The notes under the pieces were generated by a model. The model ran no database searches. It was given only the letters and a program-made list of their open reading frames with translations, and was not told the DNA's origin. Position numbers and translations under genes: made by a program. A stretch of DNA of 63,918 nt, the filler included, from Lama guanicoe (lineage: Eukaryota), in NCBI GenBank assembly GCA_013239625.1. It is 76 parts of 73 records of this genome, joined end to end, with 100 filler letters (N's around TTAATTAATTAA, not from the genome) between each part and the next. Parts side by side here need not be neighbours in the genome. Positions count along the whole stretch, not along the records: positions 1 to 501 come from PNXV01021548.1; positions 602 to 1,122 come from PNXV01021575.1; positions 1,223 to 2,187 come from PNXV01021576.1; positions 2,288 to 3,174 come from PNXV01021580.1; positions 3,275 to 3,801 come from PNXV01021582.1; positions 3,902 to 4,516 come from PNXV01021583.1; positions 4,617 to 5,562 come from PNXV01021584.1; positions 5,663 to 6,458 come from PNXV01021586.1; 68 more parts are not named here. One strand, written 5' to 3'. Positions 1-11,697 of this stretch are shown here, in pieces (position 1 is the stretch's first letter; each line of letters begins with the position of its first letter).

Positions 1-454
1 CAACGCTTTTGCCAGACACTTAAAATTGAACATAAAACTGGAATTACCTATAGTCCTCAAGGGCAAGGAATTGTGGAACGTTGTCATCAAACTTTTAAAC
101 ATCAAATTCTTAAATTAAAGAGGGGGGAATTATATCCCCTTACTCCACAAAACTATTTGCATCATGCCCTTTTTATTTTAAATTTTTTGACTTATGATAT
201 CAATGGCAATTCAGCTGCTCTACGTTTTTGGAACCCAAAACCCTCTCATCTTCCTTTGGTGAAACCCGCTCACTAATCAATGGGCCGGTCCTGATCCAGT
301 TTTAATGTGGGGGAGAGGCCATGTTTGTGTTTTTCCACAGGATGCCGATACACCGCGCTGGCTCCCGGAAAGGCTGGTACGCCAGGTGGAAAAGAACACT
401 AGTGCACAAGCTGTAACGACTTCGACTTCAAGAGAAGAGATCTCTGCCGACTGA
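1..454 (+). pseudogene. pol: Betaretroviral ERV pol, integrase C-terminal half, frameshifted
   Basis: Frame 1 reads QRFCQTLKIEHKTGITYSPQGQGIVERCHQTFK (HxTGIPYxPQGQGIVER motif with the catalytic Glu). After a frameshift near 265, frame 2 reads PLTNQWAGPDPVLMWGRGHVCVFPQDADTPRWLPERLVR to TGA at 452-454. Confidence 0.93.
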
Positions 455-501
455 AGCCCAAGTGCAACAATTTATTCATCAAGCGAATCAGATAGCGAAA
501 A
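342..501 (+). pseudogene. env: Betaretroviral env 5' end (JSRV-like signal peptide) with premature stop
   Basis: Splice acceptor tgtgtttttccacag ends at 340 and ATG is at 342, overlapping pol. Translation MPIHRAGSRKGWYARWKRTLVHKL*RLRLQEKRSLPTEAQVQQF (TAA at 414-416) resembles the recalled JSRV Env start MPKRRAGFRKGWYARQR. Confidence 0.85.
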
Positions 502-601
502 NNNNNNNNNNNNNNNNNNNNNNNNNNNNNNNNNNNNNNNNNNNNTTAATTAATTAANNNNNNNNNNNNNNNNNNNNNNNNNNNNNNNNNNNNNNNNNNN
601 N
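502..601. other. Artificial scaffold-concatenation linker N44-TTAATTAATTAA-N44 (first of about 75 copies)
   Basis: The identical palindromic 12-mer, with stops in all six frames, is flanked by fixed N runs and recurs between unrelated sequences (e.g. 546, 1167, 2232 ... 63322). Confidence 0.98.
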
Positions 602-1221
602 AGGAAGTCTGACCGGCACATTTTCACTGCGTCTCCACAAATCAAATGGCGTGGCTCCTACTTAAAGCACTGAAATGTCATTAGGCTCAGGATGAAAATC
701 AAACTCTAGAATGACTCCCAAGGCTCTTTGGAAATGAGCGCTTGTATTTTCCTTCATCAAGTTTCTCATCATTTCTCTCCCATACCTTATTCCTCACTTT
801 ATCAAACTTCATGCTGTCTGTCATGTCCATGGCTCCTACAGCCTCGAGGCTTCTACACACACCATTCTTCCCAAATGAAATAATCTTCATTTTTACTGAC
901 CAATTAAAAAGGATCCATACATCTTAACTCACCTTACTCTCTGGAATCTCATTCATGAAAAGTGAATTAGTTTTATGTCACTTTTCATCTCCTAGACCTT
1001 GTAATGTGCTCTAGCACATTACCTGCCATAGCATACATCATCTGCCCATTTGCATATCCTTCTCTATTAGACGAAGAACCCCATACAAAAGGCATCCTAT
1101 GTCATTCAGTGATGATTCCTAANNNNNNNNNNNNNNNNNNNNNNNNNNNNNNNNNNNNNNNNNNNNTTAATTAATTAANNNNNNNNNNNNNNNNNNNNNN
1201 NNNNNNNNNNNNNNNNNNNNN

Positions 1222-2005
1222 NTGAGATAATTTGATTCTTCAGCATGTAGATATCCAGTTTTCCCAGCACCATTTATTGAAGAGAGTATCTTTTCCCTGT
1301 TGAATGTTCTTGGCACCCTTGTCAAAGATCAATTGCCCATAAATGTATGGATTTATTTCTGGATTTCCTATTTTGTTCCTCTGGTCTATATGTCTGTTTT
1401 TATACCAATATCATACTATTTTGAGTACTGTACCCTTGCAGTGTATTTTGAAATCAGGAATTGTGATTCTTATTTCTCAGGATTCTTTTGGCTATTTGGG
1501 GTCTTAAATTTGTTAAGACTTGTTGTATGACCTCGTAGGTGAGCTATCCTGGAGGCTGTATGTGCACTTGAGAAGAACATGTGTTCTACTCTTGGATAAT
1601 AATTACTGTGTGTGTCTGTTCTATGGTCTATAGTGTTCTCGACTCAGCTGTTCCCTTCTTGATTTTCTGTCTGGATGTTCTATCCAGTATCATGAGTGGG
1701 ATTTTGATGTCTCCTACTATTATTGTACTGCTGTCAATATCTGTCTTTAGATCTGTCGATATTTTTCCATCTTTATGTATGATTGACAAATAAAAATTTT
1801 ATATATTGAAGGCATACACCATGAAGATCTGTCAATATATGCTTCATGTGCATAGGTGCTCTGAAGTTGGTTGTGTATATATTTATAAATGTTATATCAT
1901 CGTGGTGAATTGACCCTTTTATAATTATGCAATGTCCTTCTTTGTCTCCAGAGACAGTTTTAGGCTTAAAGTCTGTTTTATCTGATATAAGTATAGTTAC
2001 CCTTG
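1222..2005 (-). mobile_element. Old LINE-1 fragments (antisense)
   Basis: Typical antisense L1 ORF2 motifs such as atatccagttttcccagcaccatttattgaagag and tctgatataagtatagttaccc. Confidence 0.8.
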
Positions 2006-2287
2006 CCAGGCTGGAGAGGATGAGTCAAGCTGGACCAGGCTAACTTGATAGCATCCCTGTAGGGGCCCACCCTGTGGCCCCACCTTTTAAAACTGTGATG
2101 CTGCTCTTCCAGGACGAAGGACAGGAACTAGGTGCTCTGCTTGCTCCTGCTACACTCCACCTAGCACCAGCACGACATGAAAAAAAANNNNNNNNNNNNN
2201 NNNNNNNNNNNNNNNNNNNNNNNNNNNNNNNTTAATTAATTAANNNNNNNNNNNNNNNNNNNNNNNNNNNNNNNNNNNNNNNNNNNN

Positions 2288-3174
2288 TTGTTGTTTATCT
2301 ATTTTATTTATAGTAGTTAGGATCTGCAAATCTCAAACTCCCAATTTGTCTTTTTGATTTACAGCTTCGTCTGGATATATGCCCAGGGGTGGGATTGCTG
2401 GATCAGATGGTAAGTCTATTTTGTTTTTTTAAGGAATCTCCACACTGTTTTCCATATTGCTGCACCAAACTACATTTTCACCAAGAGTGTAGAAGGGTTC
2501 CTTTTTCTCCACACCCTCTCCAGCATTTATTGTTTGTGGACATTTTAAAGATGGGCATTCTGACTGGTGTGAGGTGCTATGCCATTATAGTTTTGATTTG
2601 CATTTCTTTGATAATTAGTGACATTGAGCAACTTTTTGAGAGCTATTGGCCATTTGTATGTCATTGGAGAATTGCTTGTTCAGGTCTCTGTCCATTTTCG
2701 AATTGGGCTTTCTTCTGTTATTAAGAGTAGTATGAGCTGCCTATTCTGGAGGCTAAGCCCTTGCCTGTCGCATTCTTTGCAAATATTTTCTCCCATTCTG
2801 CAGGTTGTCTTTTTGTTTGTTCATAGTTTTCTTTGATGTGCAAAAGCTTGTAAGTTTAACTAGGTCCCATTTGTTTATTCTTGCTCTTATTTCTATTGCC
2901 TGGGTAGACTGCCCCAGGAGAACATTGGTAAGATTTATGTCAGAGAATGTTTTGCTTATGATTTCTTCTATGAGGTATATAGTGTCTTGTCTTATGTTTA
3001 AGTCTTCGAGCCATTTTGAGTTTATTTTTGTGTGTGGTGTCATGGTGTGCTCTAACTTCACTTATTTACATGCAGCTGTCCAGCTTTCCCAACTCTACTC
3101 GCTGAAGAGACTGTCTTTTCTCCAGTGTATATTCTTGCCTCTTTTATCAAAGGTTAATTGACCTTAGGTCTGTG
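2288..3174 (-). mobile_element. LINE-1 ORF2 3' region (antisense, degenerate)
   Basis: Minus-strand translation KLEHTMTPHTKINSKWLEDLNIRQDTI...INKWDLVKLTSFCTSK matches the L1 ORF2p C-terminal region. Confidence 0.95.
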
Positions 3175-3274
3175 NNNNNNNNNNNNNNNNNNNNNNNNNN
3201 NNNNNNNNNNNNNNNNNNTTAATTAATTAANNNNNNNNNNNNNNNNNNNNNNNNNNNNNNNNNNNNNNNNNNNN

Positions 3275-3560
3275 GGACGCGCGGCGTGGAACGGGGTGAG
3301 AGGTCCGGACCCGTAGAGGACTCTGGGTCAAGTGCAGGATGGCAGAGGTGGGGTTGGCAAGTGCCGTCGCAGGCTACAACGGGCCTGCTGTGGGCTTTGT
3401 CTCTCAATGTGGTTGTGTGGTCCCCAAAAGTCTCGTTCCGCAGTCCCGCCTCGTCATGGATGCTCCTTCCTTACCTCCTGGCCAATAATGCCTGTTAAAT
3501 ACCCTTCTCCCTCTGATGGTTTCCGCCATCTTCCCAGTCCCTACCTTGTCCACCAGCTGG
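3275..3560 (-). promoter_or_regulatory. CpG-rich fragment with candidate first exon
   Basis: Minus strand has the YY1-type motif AAGATGGCGG with ATG at 3529 and a GAG|GTAAGG donor at 3475/3474, followed by CpG-rich sequence. Confidence 0.4.
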
Positions 3561-3720
3561 TTAAATGCAGTCTCTGGTCCACCTCTCTACTGATGTCCCA
3601 AGCCGTATGGGAGGGAAAAAATGCTTTTCAGAAACGTTTGAAAGCAACAATTATAAAGACTGGTCATATCCATTTGCCCACCCTGCTCTTTTGCCACCCC
3701 CAAATAACGCTCTGATAATT

Positions 3721-3801
3721 GATGAAATAAAACTCATATTTTATGGCAAGATAATAAAAATTTAAACAAAATTTTTCTCTGCCAGTTTGGGCCTCTTCCC
3801 T
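3721..3801 (+). mobile_element. Probable LTR 5' end
   Basis: Abrupt TG-initiated segment tgaaataaaactcat...ttttctctgccagtttgggcctcttccc, recognised only by general resemblance to ERV1 LTRs. Confidence 0.3.
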
Positions 3802-3901
3802 NNNNNNNNNNNNNNNNNNNNNNNNNNNNNNNNNNNNNNNNNNNNTTAATTAATTAANNNNNNNNNNNNNNNNNNNNNNNNNNNNNNNNNNNNNNNNNNN
3901 N

Positions 3902-4516
3902 TGAACTTCATACAAGCACTAGGAAAATATCTGAGAATGTTGAGTAAATGGTTCAAATGCAAACCAATCCCATTGTGCTAGATGAACGAACGTCTTTCCA
4001 CATGCTCAATTCTGAGAGTTAAGTGTGCTTGAAAGCCGTCAATAAGCTAGCTAGTTGGGAACACACAGTTTCTTTTCAGTGGGATACTACACTACATAAA
4101 TACATATGGGGAGGTAGTAGCTACAACTTGGTTTTACAGTTAAAATTGCATGAACTTCAAACCTGCACAAGGAAAAATACCGAGATATCAGAGTAAGTGT
4201 TTCTACTGCAAACCATTCCTTTCATGCTAGATAATTGAACATCTTTCCACATGCTCAATTCTGTGTGTTAAGTGTGTGTGAAAGCCATCAATCACCTTGT
4301 TTGTTGGGAACACAGTTTCTTTTCTGTGGAAAATGACACTACATACATATATATTGGGAGGAACTTGCTCCAACTTATGTTTAAAGTGAAAACTGTATGA
4401 AATTCAAACCGGTACTCAGAAATATACCGAGAAAGCAGACTAAGTGTTCCTAGTGCAACTGATTCCGCTTGGTAGATGAACGAACCACTCTCCACATGCT
4501 CAATTCTGAGAGTTGA
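3902..4516 (+). repeat. ~248-bp satellite, diverged monomers
   Basis: Tandem motifs tagatgaacgaacg-tccacatgctcaattctgagag-gggaacaca recur at ~250-bp spacing. Confidence 0.9.
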
Positions 4517-4616
4517 NNNNNNNNNNNNNNNNNNNNNNNNNNNNNNNNNNNNNNNNNNNNTTAATTAATTAANNNNNNNNNNNNNNNNNNNNNNNNNNNN
4601 NNNNNNNNNNNNNNNN

Positions 4617-5562
4617 TGTGAAAGCCATACTTCACAAAGATTTTTGGGAACATAAAGTTTCTCTTCGTTGAAAACCCCACTCTAAAAGTACATACGTGGA
4701 TGTACAAGCCTCAACACAGTTTACACTGAAAATTGCAGGAACTTCAAGCCGGCACTTGGAAACATACTTAGAAACCAGAGTAAGTGTTTCTCCTGCCACC
4801 TGTTCCATTTGCACTAGATGAATGAACGTCTCTCCACATGATCAATTCTGAGAGTTAAGCGTTTGTGAAAGCCGTCCTTCACCTAGCTTGTTGGGAACAC
4901 AAAGTTTCTCTTCAGTTGCAACCTCCAGTTCATACATATATATTGGTTGGTAGAAGGTCCAACATGCTTTTAGTGTGAATATTGCAGGAACTTCAAACCG
5001 AGACTAGGAAACACAGTGAGAAAGCAGAGTAATTGACCCTCCGGCAACCCGTTCCCCTTGTGCTAGATGAACGAACATCTGACACATGCTCAGTTCTGAG
5101 TGTTAAGCATATGTGAAAGCCGTCCTTCACCTAGCTTGTTGGGAACACAAAGTGTCTCTTCAGTTGCAAACTCCAGTTCATACATATATATGGGGAGGTA
5201 TAAGCTCCAACTTCATTTAACAGTGAAAACTGCAGGAAATTCAAACAGGCACTAATAAAAAGACTGAGATACCAGAGTGAGTGTTCCTCCTGCCACCCTT
5301 TCCCTTTGTCCTAGATGAACCAACGTGTCTGCACATGCTAAATTCTGAGAGGTAAGAGTGTGTGAAAGACGTGCTTCAGCCTGATTTTTGGGAAAACAAA
5401 GTTTCTCTACAGGAGTAAACTACACTCCATACATATTTACCGGGAGGTACAAACTCCAACACGTCTTTTTCAGTGAAAACTGCAGAAACTTTAAAATGGT
5501 ACTAGGAAACACACTGGTAAACCACAGTAAGTGTTTCTCCTGCAACCCCTTCCCTTTGTGCT
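4617..5562 (+). repeat. ~248-bp satellite, subfamily A
   Basis: The gggaacac landmark is at 4893, 5141 and ~5390 (spacing 248-249 bp). Confidence 0.95.
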
Positions 5563-5662
5563 NNNNNNNNNNNNNNNNNNNNNNNNNNNNNNNNNNNNNN
5601 NNNNNNTTAATTAATTAANNNNNNNNNNNNNNNNNNNNNNNNNNNNNNNNNNNNNNNNNNNN

Positions 5663-5970
5663 AGTCTGGGGTCTGCACACTGGTGGGCAGCATGCAGTTA
5701 ACTTCTTCCGCTTGGTAGGGGTTTAGTGTCTGTAAAACAGCTCAAAGGACCTGGCTCAGAATATGATCTGTAGACTTTGAGGAGGAACTAAGGGCCCTTG
5801 ACTTCGTTTAATGGCTAAATGATTATTATTTAACTTGCTTGAATATTTTCCTTTTTTTTTTTTTTTTTTTTTTCTTGTAAAATTGGATAAAGTTTTTTTT
5901 AACAGACAAGCCAGGCAGAGGACTTGAGGGGCTCTGTCCTGTGAAGGCCCCATGGGGTACTGCTCAGTTA
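5663..5970. mobile_element. ERV1-type LTR fragment
   Basis: agtctggggtct...ggtgggcagcatgcagttaacttcttcc...aaaacagctcaaagga resembles mammalian ERV1 LTRs; family not assigned. Confidence 0.5.
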
Positions 5971-6219
5971 TAGGGAAGGAGAGAGGAGAGGCTGAAACTA
6001 ATTTTCAGCACACGTAGAACTCAGACTGCTCCCTTCTGTGGCCATTAATGACCCAGTCTCTTCCCTGCTAAATAATTTTAGCCTTGATTTTTAAAAAGGG
6101 TCATAAAATCTTTGGAGTAGAGTTCTAAATAACTTGAAACTGTAGTTTTTGTACTCCGTCCGTCCATTTACCTTTTTAGAGTACATTTTAACCTCTTCCA
6201 TCAGAAGTGACCATTTAGA

Positions 6220-6380
6220 GGGGGAGGGTAGAGACCTCAGTGGCAGAGAGCATGTTTAGCATGTGTGAGGTCCTGGGTTCAGTCCCAGTAACTCCATCAA
6301 AAAAAAAAAAAAAGAAAGGAAGGAAGGGAGGAAGGAAGGAAGAAGAAAGAAAGAAAAAGGAAAAGAAGGACTAAAGAAAA
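6220..6380 (+). mobile_element. tRNA-derived SINE (camelid Vic-1 type) with A/GAA-rich tail
   Basis: GGGGAGGGTA...CTCAGTGGCAGAG (A box) ...GTCCTGGGTTCAGTCCCAGT (B box), then poly(A). Confidence 0.85.
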
Positions 6381-6558
6381 ATAGTGATTTAGTAACCAGG
6401 AGAAGGTGGTTGGAGCGCAGGGTTGGCGCTCACCCCTTGTGCCCAGAGCACAGAGGATNNNNNNNNNNNNNNNNNNNNNNNNNNNNNNNNNNNNNNNNNN
6501 NNTTAATTAATTAANNNNNNNNNNNNNNNNNNNNNNNNNNNNNNNNNNNNNNNNNNNN

Positions 6559-6670
6559 TTTGGAGATGGGTAGTTAGGTTTGTTTATTTTTTAACGGAGG
6601 TACTGGGGATTGAACTCAGGATCTTGTGCATCTAAGCACATGCTCTGCCACTGAGCTATATACCCTCCCC
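6559..6670 (-). mobile_element. Vic-1-type SINE (antisense)
   Basis: ggaggtactggggattgaactcagga...ccactgagctatataccctcccc is the reverse complement of the same SINE. Confidence 0.88.
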
Positions 6671-6694
6671 ACCCCCACCATAGTCTTAATCTGA

Positions 6695-6825
6695 CCCACA
6701 GAGAAAAAAATGTGACAATGAGTGTGTATATGTCCATGAATGACTGAAAAATTGTGCTGAACATTGGAATTTGACACAACATTGTAAAATGATTATAAAT
6801 CAATAAAAAATGTTAAAAAAAAAGA
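6695..6825 (+). mobile_element. 5'-truncated LINE-1 3' end with poly(A)
   Basis: gactgaaaaattgtgctgaac...caacattgtaaaatgattataaatcaataaaaaatgtt followed by an A tail. Confidence 0.8.
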
Positions 6826-7364
6826 AAACTCAGCATTTATGGAAAGAGAAGACATTTTGTGTTAAGAGATTAAATAGCTCCTTAATTTGCTGTAGATTAC
6901 TGTGCCCCCCTCCCTATTCTCAGGTCATTAATGAAAGTGGGTGGGGTAGATAGAGGTGAGGGTGTTGGGGTTATAATACAGTATGTCTGTTCTGGCAGGT
7001 TAGATTTGAAGCTGATGGAGAACACATAGGTAGATCTGTCCAGGCAGCAGTTAAAACACTGGCTTGTATTCAGGAAGAATTTGCTCTCGTAAATGATAAA
7101 TTTTGGGAACTGTGTATTTGTTCCTAAGGCTTTATTCAATGTTAAACTGCCATTCTATAATCNNNNNNNNNNNNNNNNNNNNNNNNNNNNNNNNNNNNNN
7201 NNNNNNTTAATTAATTAANNNNNNNNNNNNNNNNNNNNNNNNNNNNNNNNNNNNNNNNNNNNATATATATATATTATATATATATATTTGTTATCTGTTC
7301 CCAAAGGATTGATGTTTTATAATTATAAAATATCCCTCTTGTTCTTTAATAATAAGTTTTGTCT

Positions 7365-7724
7365 CTTATATAAGCACTCATACGACTCAATAAGAAAAAA
7401 GTAAACCCAATCCAAAAATGGACAGAAGACCTAAACAAGCAATTCTCCAAGGAAGACATGCAAATGATCAAAAAGCGCATGAAAAAAATGCTCAGTATCA
7501 CTAATTATCAGAGAAATGCAAATCAAAACTACAATGAGGTATCACCTCACACCAGTCAGAATGGCCATCATTCAAAAGTCCACAAATGACAAATGCTGGC
7601 GAGGCTGTGGAGAAAGGGGAACCCTCCTATGTGGAGAAAACCCTCCTTCACTGCTGGTGAGAATGCAGTTTCGTGCAGCCACTTTCAAAAACAGTGTGGA
7701 GATTCCTCAAAAGACTAGGAATAG
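7365..7724 (+). mobile_element. LINE-1 ORF2 C-terminal fragment
   Basis: Translation [33 protein letters not shown]. Confidence 0.95.
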
Positions 7725-7824
7725 NNNNNNNNNNNNNNNNNNNNNNNNNNNNNNNNNNNNNNNNNNNNTTAATTAATTAANNNNNNNNNNNNNNNNNNNN
7801 NNNNNNNNNNNNNNNNNNNNNNNN

Positions 7825-8409
7825 AGAGAGAGAAATAAAAGGGATCCAGATTGGAAAAGAAGAGGTAAAAGTGCCCCTATATGCCAACGACATGTTACTA
7901 TATATAGAAAACCCTAAAAGGTCCATGCAGAAACTACTAGGGCTGATTGAAAAATTCAGCAAGGTAGCAGGTTATAAAATTAACATTCAAAAATCAGTTG
8001 CATTTCTTTATACTAATGATGAATCAACAGAAAAAGAAAGTAAACAATCCCCTTTAAAATAGCACCCAAAGTAATAAAATATCTGGGAATAAATCTAACC
8101 AAGGAGGTGAAAGAATTATACACAGAAAACTATAAACCATTGATGAANNNNNNNNNNNNNNNNNNNNNNNNNNNNNNNNNNNNNNNNNNNNNNNNNNNNN
8201 NNNNNNNNNNNNNNNNNNNNNNNNNCTGCCCAAGGCAATCTACAGATTTAATGCAATCCCTATCAAATTACCCAGGACATATTTCACAGAACTAGAACAA
8301 ATCATAATAAAATTTATATGGAACCATCAAAGACCTAGAATTGGCAAAGCTTTACTGAAGAGAGAGAGGCTGGAGGAATAACTCTCCCAGACTTCAGACA
8401 ATACTATAG
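7825..8409 (+). mobile_element. LINE-1 ORF2 reverse-transcriptase fragment
   Basis: [13 protein letters not shown] (degenerate FADD motif) followed by [20 protein letters not shown]. Confidence 0.95.
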
Positions 8410-8799
8410 NNNNNNNNNNNNNNNNNNNNNNNNNNNNNNNNNNNNNNNNNNNNTTAATTAATTAANNNNNNNNNNNNNNNNNNNNNNNNNNNNNNNNNNN
8501 NNNNNNNNNATGTAAAACCTTTCCTTCCTTTAGTAGCATATGTCCTACCAAAAAAAAACAAAAACAAAAACAAAAAAAAACTGGGCCCCAACATGTCATA
8601 AAAAGTGCTGTTAAGACTCATAATACCTACTTTAAGAACTTTTCCTATGCCTACTCAGACTACAATCTGTATCGCAGTCTCCCTTATTGTTAATCATATG
8701 GATGTCTAGTTCATAAGATGCCTGAAACTACATTCTTAAAACAATTCCCTTCTGTTAGTAACCTCCTGGGTTTTGATGTTTAAAACTGCCACCTTGCAT

Positions 8800-9163
8800 G
8801 GTGTATTCATTTAGAATGGAATACTACTCGGCCATAAAAACAATGAAATCATGCCATTTGCAACAACATGCATGGGCCCAGAGATTATCATCCTGGATGA
8901 GGTAAGTTGGAAAGAGAAAGACAAACCCCAGGTGATACCACTTAATATGTGGACTCCAAACTATGACACCAATAAACTTACTGAAGAAACAGAAACAGAC
9001 TCACAGATGTAGAAAACAAACTGATGGCTACCAAAGGGGAAAGGTGGTGGAGGCGGGGTAAGTTAGCAGTTTGGGATTAGCAAATGCAAACTACTGCATA
9101 TAAAATAGATAAATGACACCGTCCCACTATACAGTACAAGGCCCTGTATGCGACATCCTGTAG
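8800..9163 (+). mobile_element. LINE-1 ORF2 end and 3' UTR
   Basis: aatggaatactactcggccataaaaacaatgaaatcatgccatttgcaacaacatg and the following 3' UTR. Confidence 0.9.
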
Positions 9164-9263
9164 NNNNNNNNNNNNNNNNNNNNNNNNNNNNNNNNNNNNN
9201 NNNNNNNTTAATTAATTAANNNNNNNNNNNNNNNNNNNNNNNNNNNNNNNNNNNNNNNNNNNN

Positions 9264-9774
9264 TCATTCAGTTTACTGTATTCTGTTTTCAATATTCTAT
9301 ATTTTGTGTTCTAGATTGTATATACTGTATTCTATATTCTGCATTCCGTATTCTATATTCTATATTCTGTGTTCTACATTCTATATTCTAATTTCTTATT
9401 TCACTGTTCTGTAATCTATATTCTTAATTCTGTGTTCGCCATTCCATGTTGTAAATTCTGGGTTCTGTATTCTGTTTTCCATATTCTATATTCTGTATGT
9501 GTTCTGTATTCTTTATTCTGTATTCTATTTTCGGCCTTCCAAAATCTATATTCTATATACTGTGTTCTAAATTCTATATTCTAAATTCTATATTCATTAT
9601 TCTGTATTGTATATAATAATCTCTGTGTTCTGCATTCTGTATTTTAAATTCTATATTCAGTATTCTTTATTCTATATTCTACATTCTGTGTTCTGCATTC
9701 CATTTTCTACATTCTGGATTGTATATCTCTATTCTATATTCTATACTTTGTGTTCTTCATTCTATATTCTACAT
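9264..9774. repeat. Degenerate 7-bp satellite (ATTCTAT/ATTCTGT)n
   Basis: TTC-centred units in 7-bp register. Confidence 0.95.
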
Positions 9775-9874
9775 NNNNNNNNNNNNNNNNNNNNNNNNNN
9801 NNNNNNNNNNNNNNNNNNTTAATTAATTAANNNNNNNNNNNNNNNNNNNNNNNNNNNNNNNNNNNNNNNNNNNN

Positions 9875-10310
9875 CGACGCAAGCGCTAGGGGAGGGCCCC
9901 GCGGCGTTGCCTTGGCTACAGGCCAAGCGTGCACTTCTGGGGCGGGGAGCGGGCTCCGGAAATGTGTAGCTGCTAGGGACAATGGCTGTGCTTGCTGCTG
10001 GGGATGGCGGCTTTCTCGGTCTGGCGACTAGTTCTGGCTTGGTCAGTCGGCAGCCGACATCCTGTCTGGGGCGTCTTCCCACAGACGGTAAAAGTACGGC
10101 CGCGCTGTTGGCGGGGCCAGTGGACATGGTCCGGGGTGGGATCCGGGTTGGTGTGGCGGCCGATTGGGTTGGGGGGGAAAGTGCTGGGTCATAGCCTCGG
10201 GCTTTCCTCCCCCTCGGGCGCTGGGGCTGGGGCCGCGAGTCCGGGTAGCCCTGGGTGGCCGCGGCCTCCCAGAATCCCCGGGAAGGGCAGGCGGAGGACC
10301 CATCATTTAT
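9875..10310 (+). promoter_or_regulatory. CpG-island promoter with candidate first exon
   Basis: RFX X-box-like GTTGCCTTGGCTAC at 9906-9919, GC box at 9939-9947, ETS site CCGGAAAT at 9956-9963, and ATGGCG at 10004. CpG density falls downstream. Confidence 0.6.
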
Positions 10311-10845
10311 GAAGCGGGGCCTTATCCGGGTTTTGAAGAGTCCCAGAATCAGATGTTGGAATGGGGTGGTTTATCAGCCTTGTTTATCTGCAGGGAAATT
10401 TCAGTTCCATCCAGATGTTGGCTCCTTCGGTAAACCTCAGGAATAAGACAAGGGTCAGTGCCGATTAGTAGTTATCTAGGGCTTGACTCAAAATAGACTG
10501 TGCGGGCTGTAGGGATGGTAGATGGGCCCTCCCTCTCAAGGTTGGCAGACTTCTGGGATTAAAGGCCCCACTTGAGGATTACATCCTCATCTGCAGTAAT
10601 GGAGGTTGTGGAAAACATTAACACAGAGAAGGGAGGGGTGTTGCTGCGGTAACTCATTAAAGAAGTCAGGACCCTTGCCTGGCTCTTCTGTAGGAAAGTC
10701 TCGCCTAGGGTAGGGCAGCAGCTATCAAAGTGTGTCCGAGGCCCCNNNNNNNNNNNNNNNNNNNNNNNNNNNNNNNNNNNNNNNNNNNNTTAATTAATTA
10801 ANNNNNNNNNNNNNNNNNNNNNNNNNNNNNNNNNNNNNNNNNNNN

Positions 10846-11597
10846 TGCAGAACACAGAATTTAGAATATAGAATACTTAATACTGAATATAGAAACAAGA
10901 ACATAGAATGTAGAACAAAGAATATAGAACATAGAATACAGAATACTGAATATAGAATTTAGAATATAGAATGCCGAACACAGAATAAAGTGTATACAAT
11001 ACGGAATGTAAAATATAGAATAAAGAATCTTGAATGTAGAAAACAGAATATAGAATATGGAAAAGAGAATACAGAAGCCAGAATTTAGAGCAAAGAATGC
11101 ANNNNNNNNNNNNNNNNNNNNNNNNNNNNNNNNNNNNNNNNNNNNNNNNNNNNNNNNNNNNNNNNNNNNNNNNNNNNNNNNNNNNNNNNNNNNNNNNNNN
11201 NNNNNNNNNNNNNNNNNNNNNNNNNNNNNNNNNNNNNNNNNNNNNNNNNNNNNNNNNNNNNNNNNNNNNNNNNNNNNNNNNNNNNNNNNNNNNNNNNNNN
11301 NNNNNNNNNNNNNNNNNNNNNNNNNNNNNNNNNNNNNNNNNNNNNNNNNNNNNNNNNNNNNNNNNNNNNNNNNNNNNNNNNNNNNNNNNNNNNNNNNNNN
11401 NNNNNNNNNNNNNNNNNNNNNNNNNNNNNNNNNNNNNNNNNNNNNNNNNNNNNNNNNNNNNNNNNNNNNNNNNNNNNNNNNNNNNNNCAAAATACAGAGA
11501 ATTTAGAACATGGAATGCAAAATACAGAATTTAGAATACATAATACAAAATTCTGAATACAGAATTTAGAATACACAATGTACAACACAGAATATAG
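10846..11597. repeat. 7-bp satellite (AGAATAT)n
   Basis: Heptamer periodicity on both sides of an internal gap. Confidence 0.95.
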
Positions 11598-11697
11598 NNN
11601 NNNNNNNNNNNNNNNNNNNNNNNNNNNNNNNNNNNNNNNNNTTAATTAATTAANNNNNNNNNNNNNNNNNNNNNNNNNNNNNNNNNNNNNNNNNNNN

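Noticed and set aside
6220..6300. tRNA-Ala-like gene
   Set aside because: It is degenerate, has a poly(A) tail and occurs in several dispersed copies, so it is a SINE.
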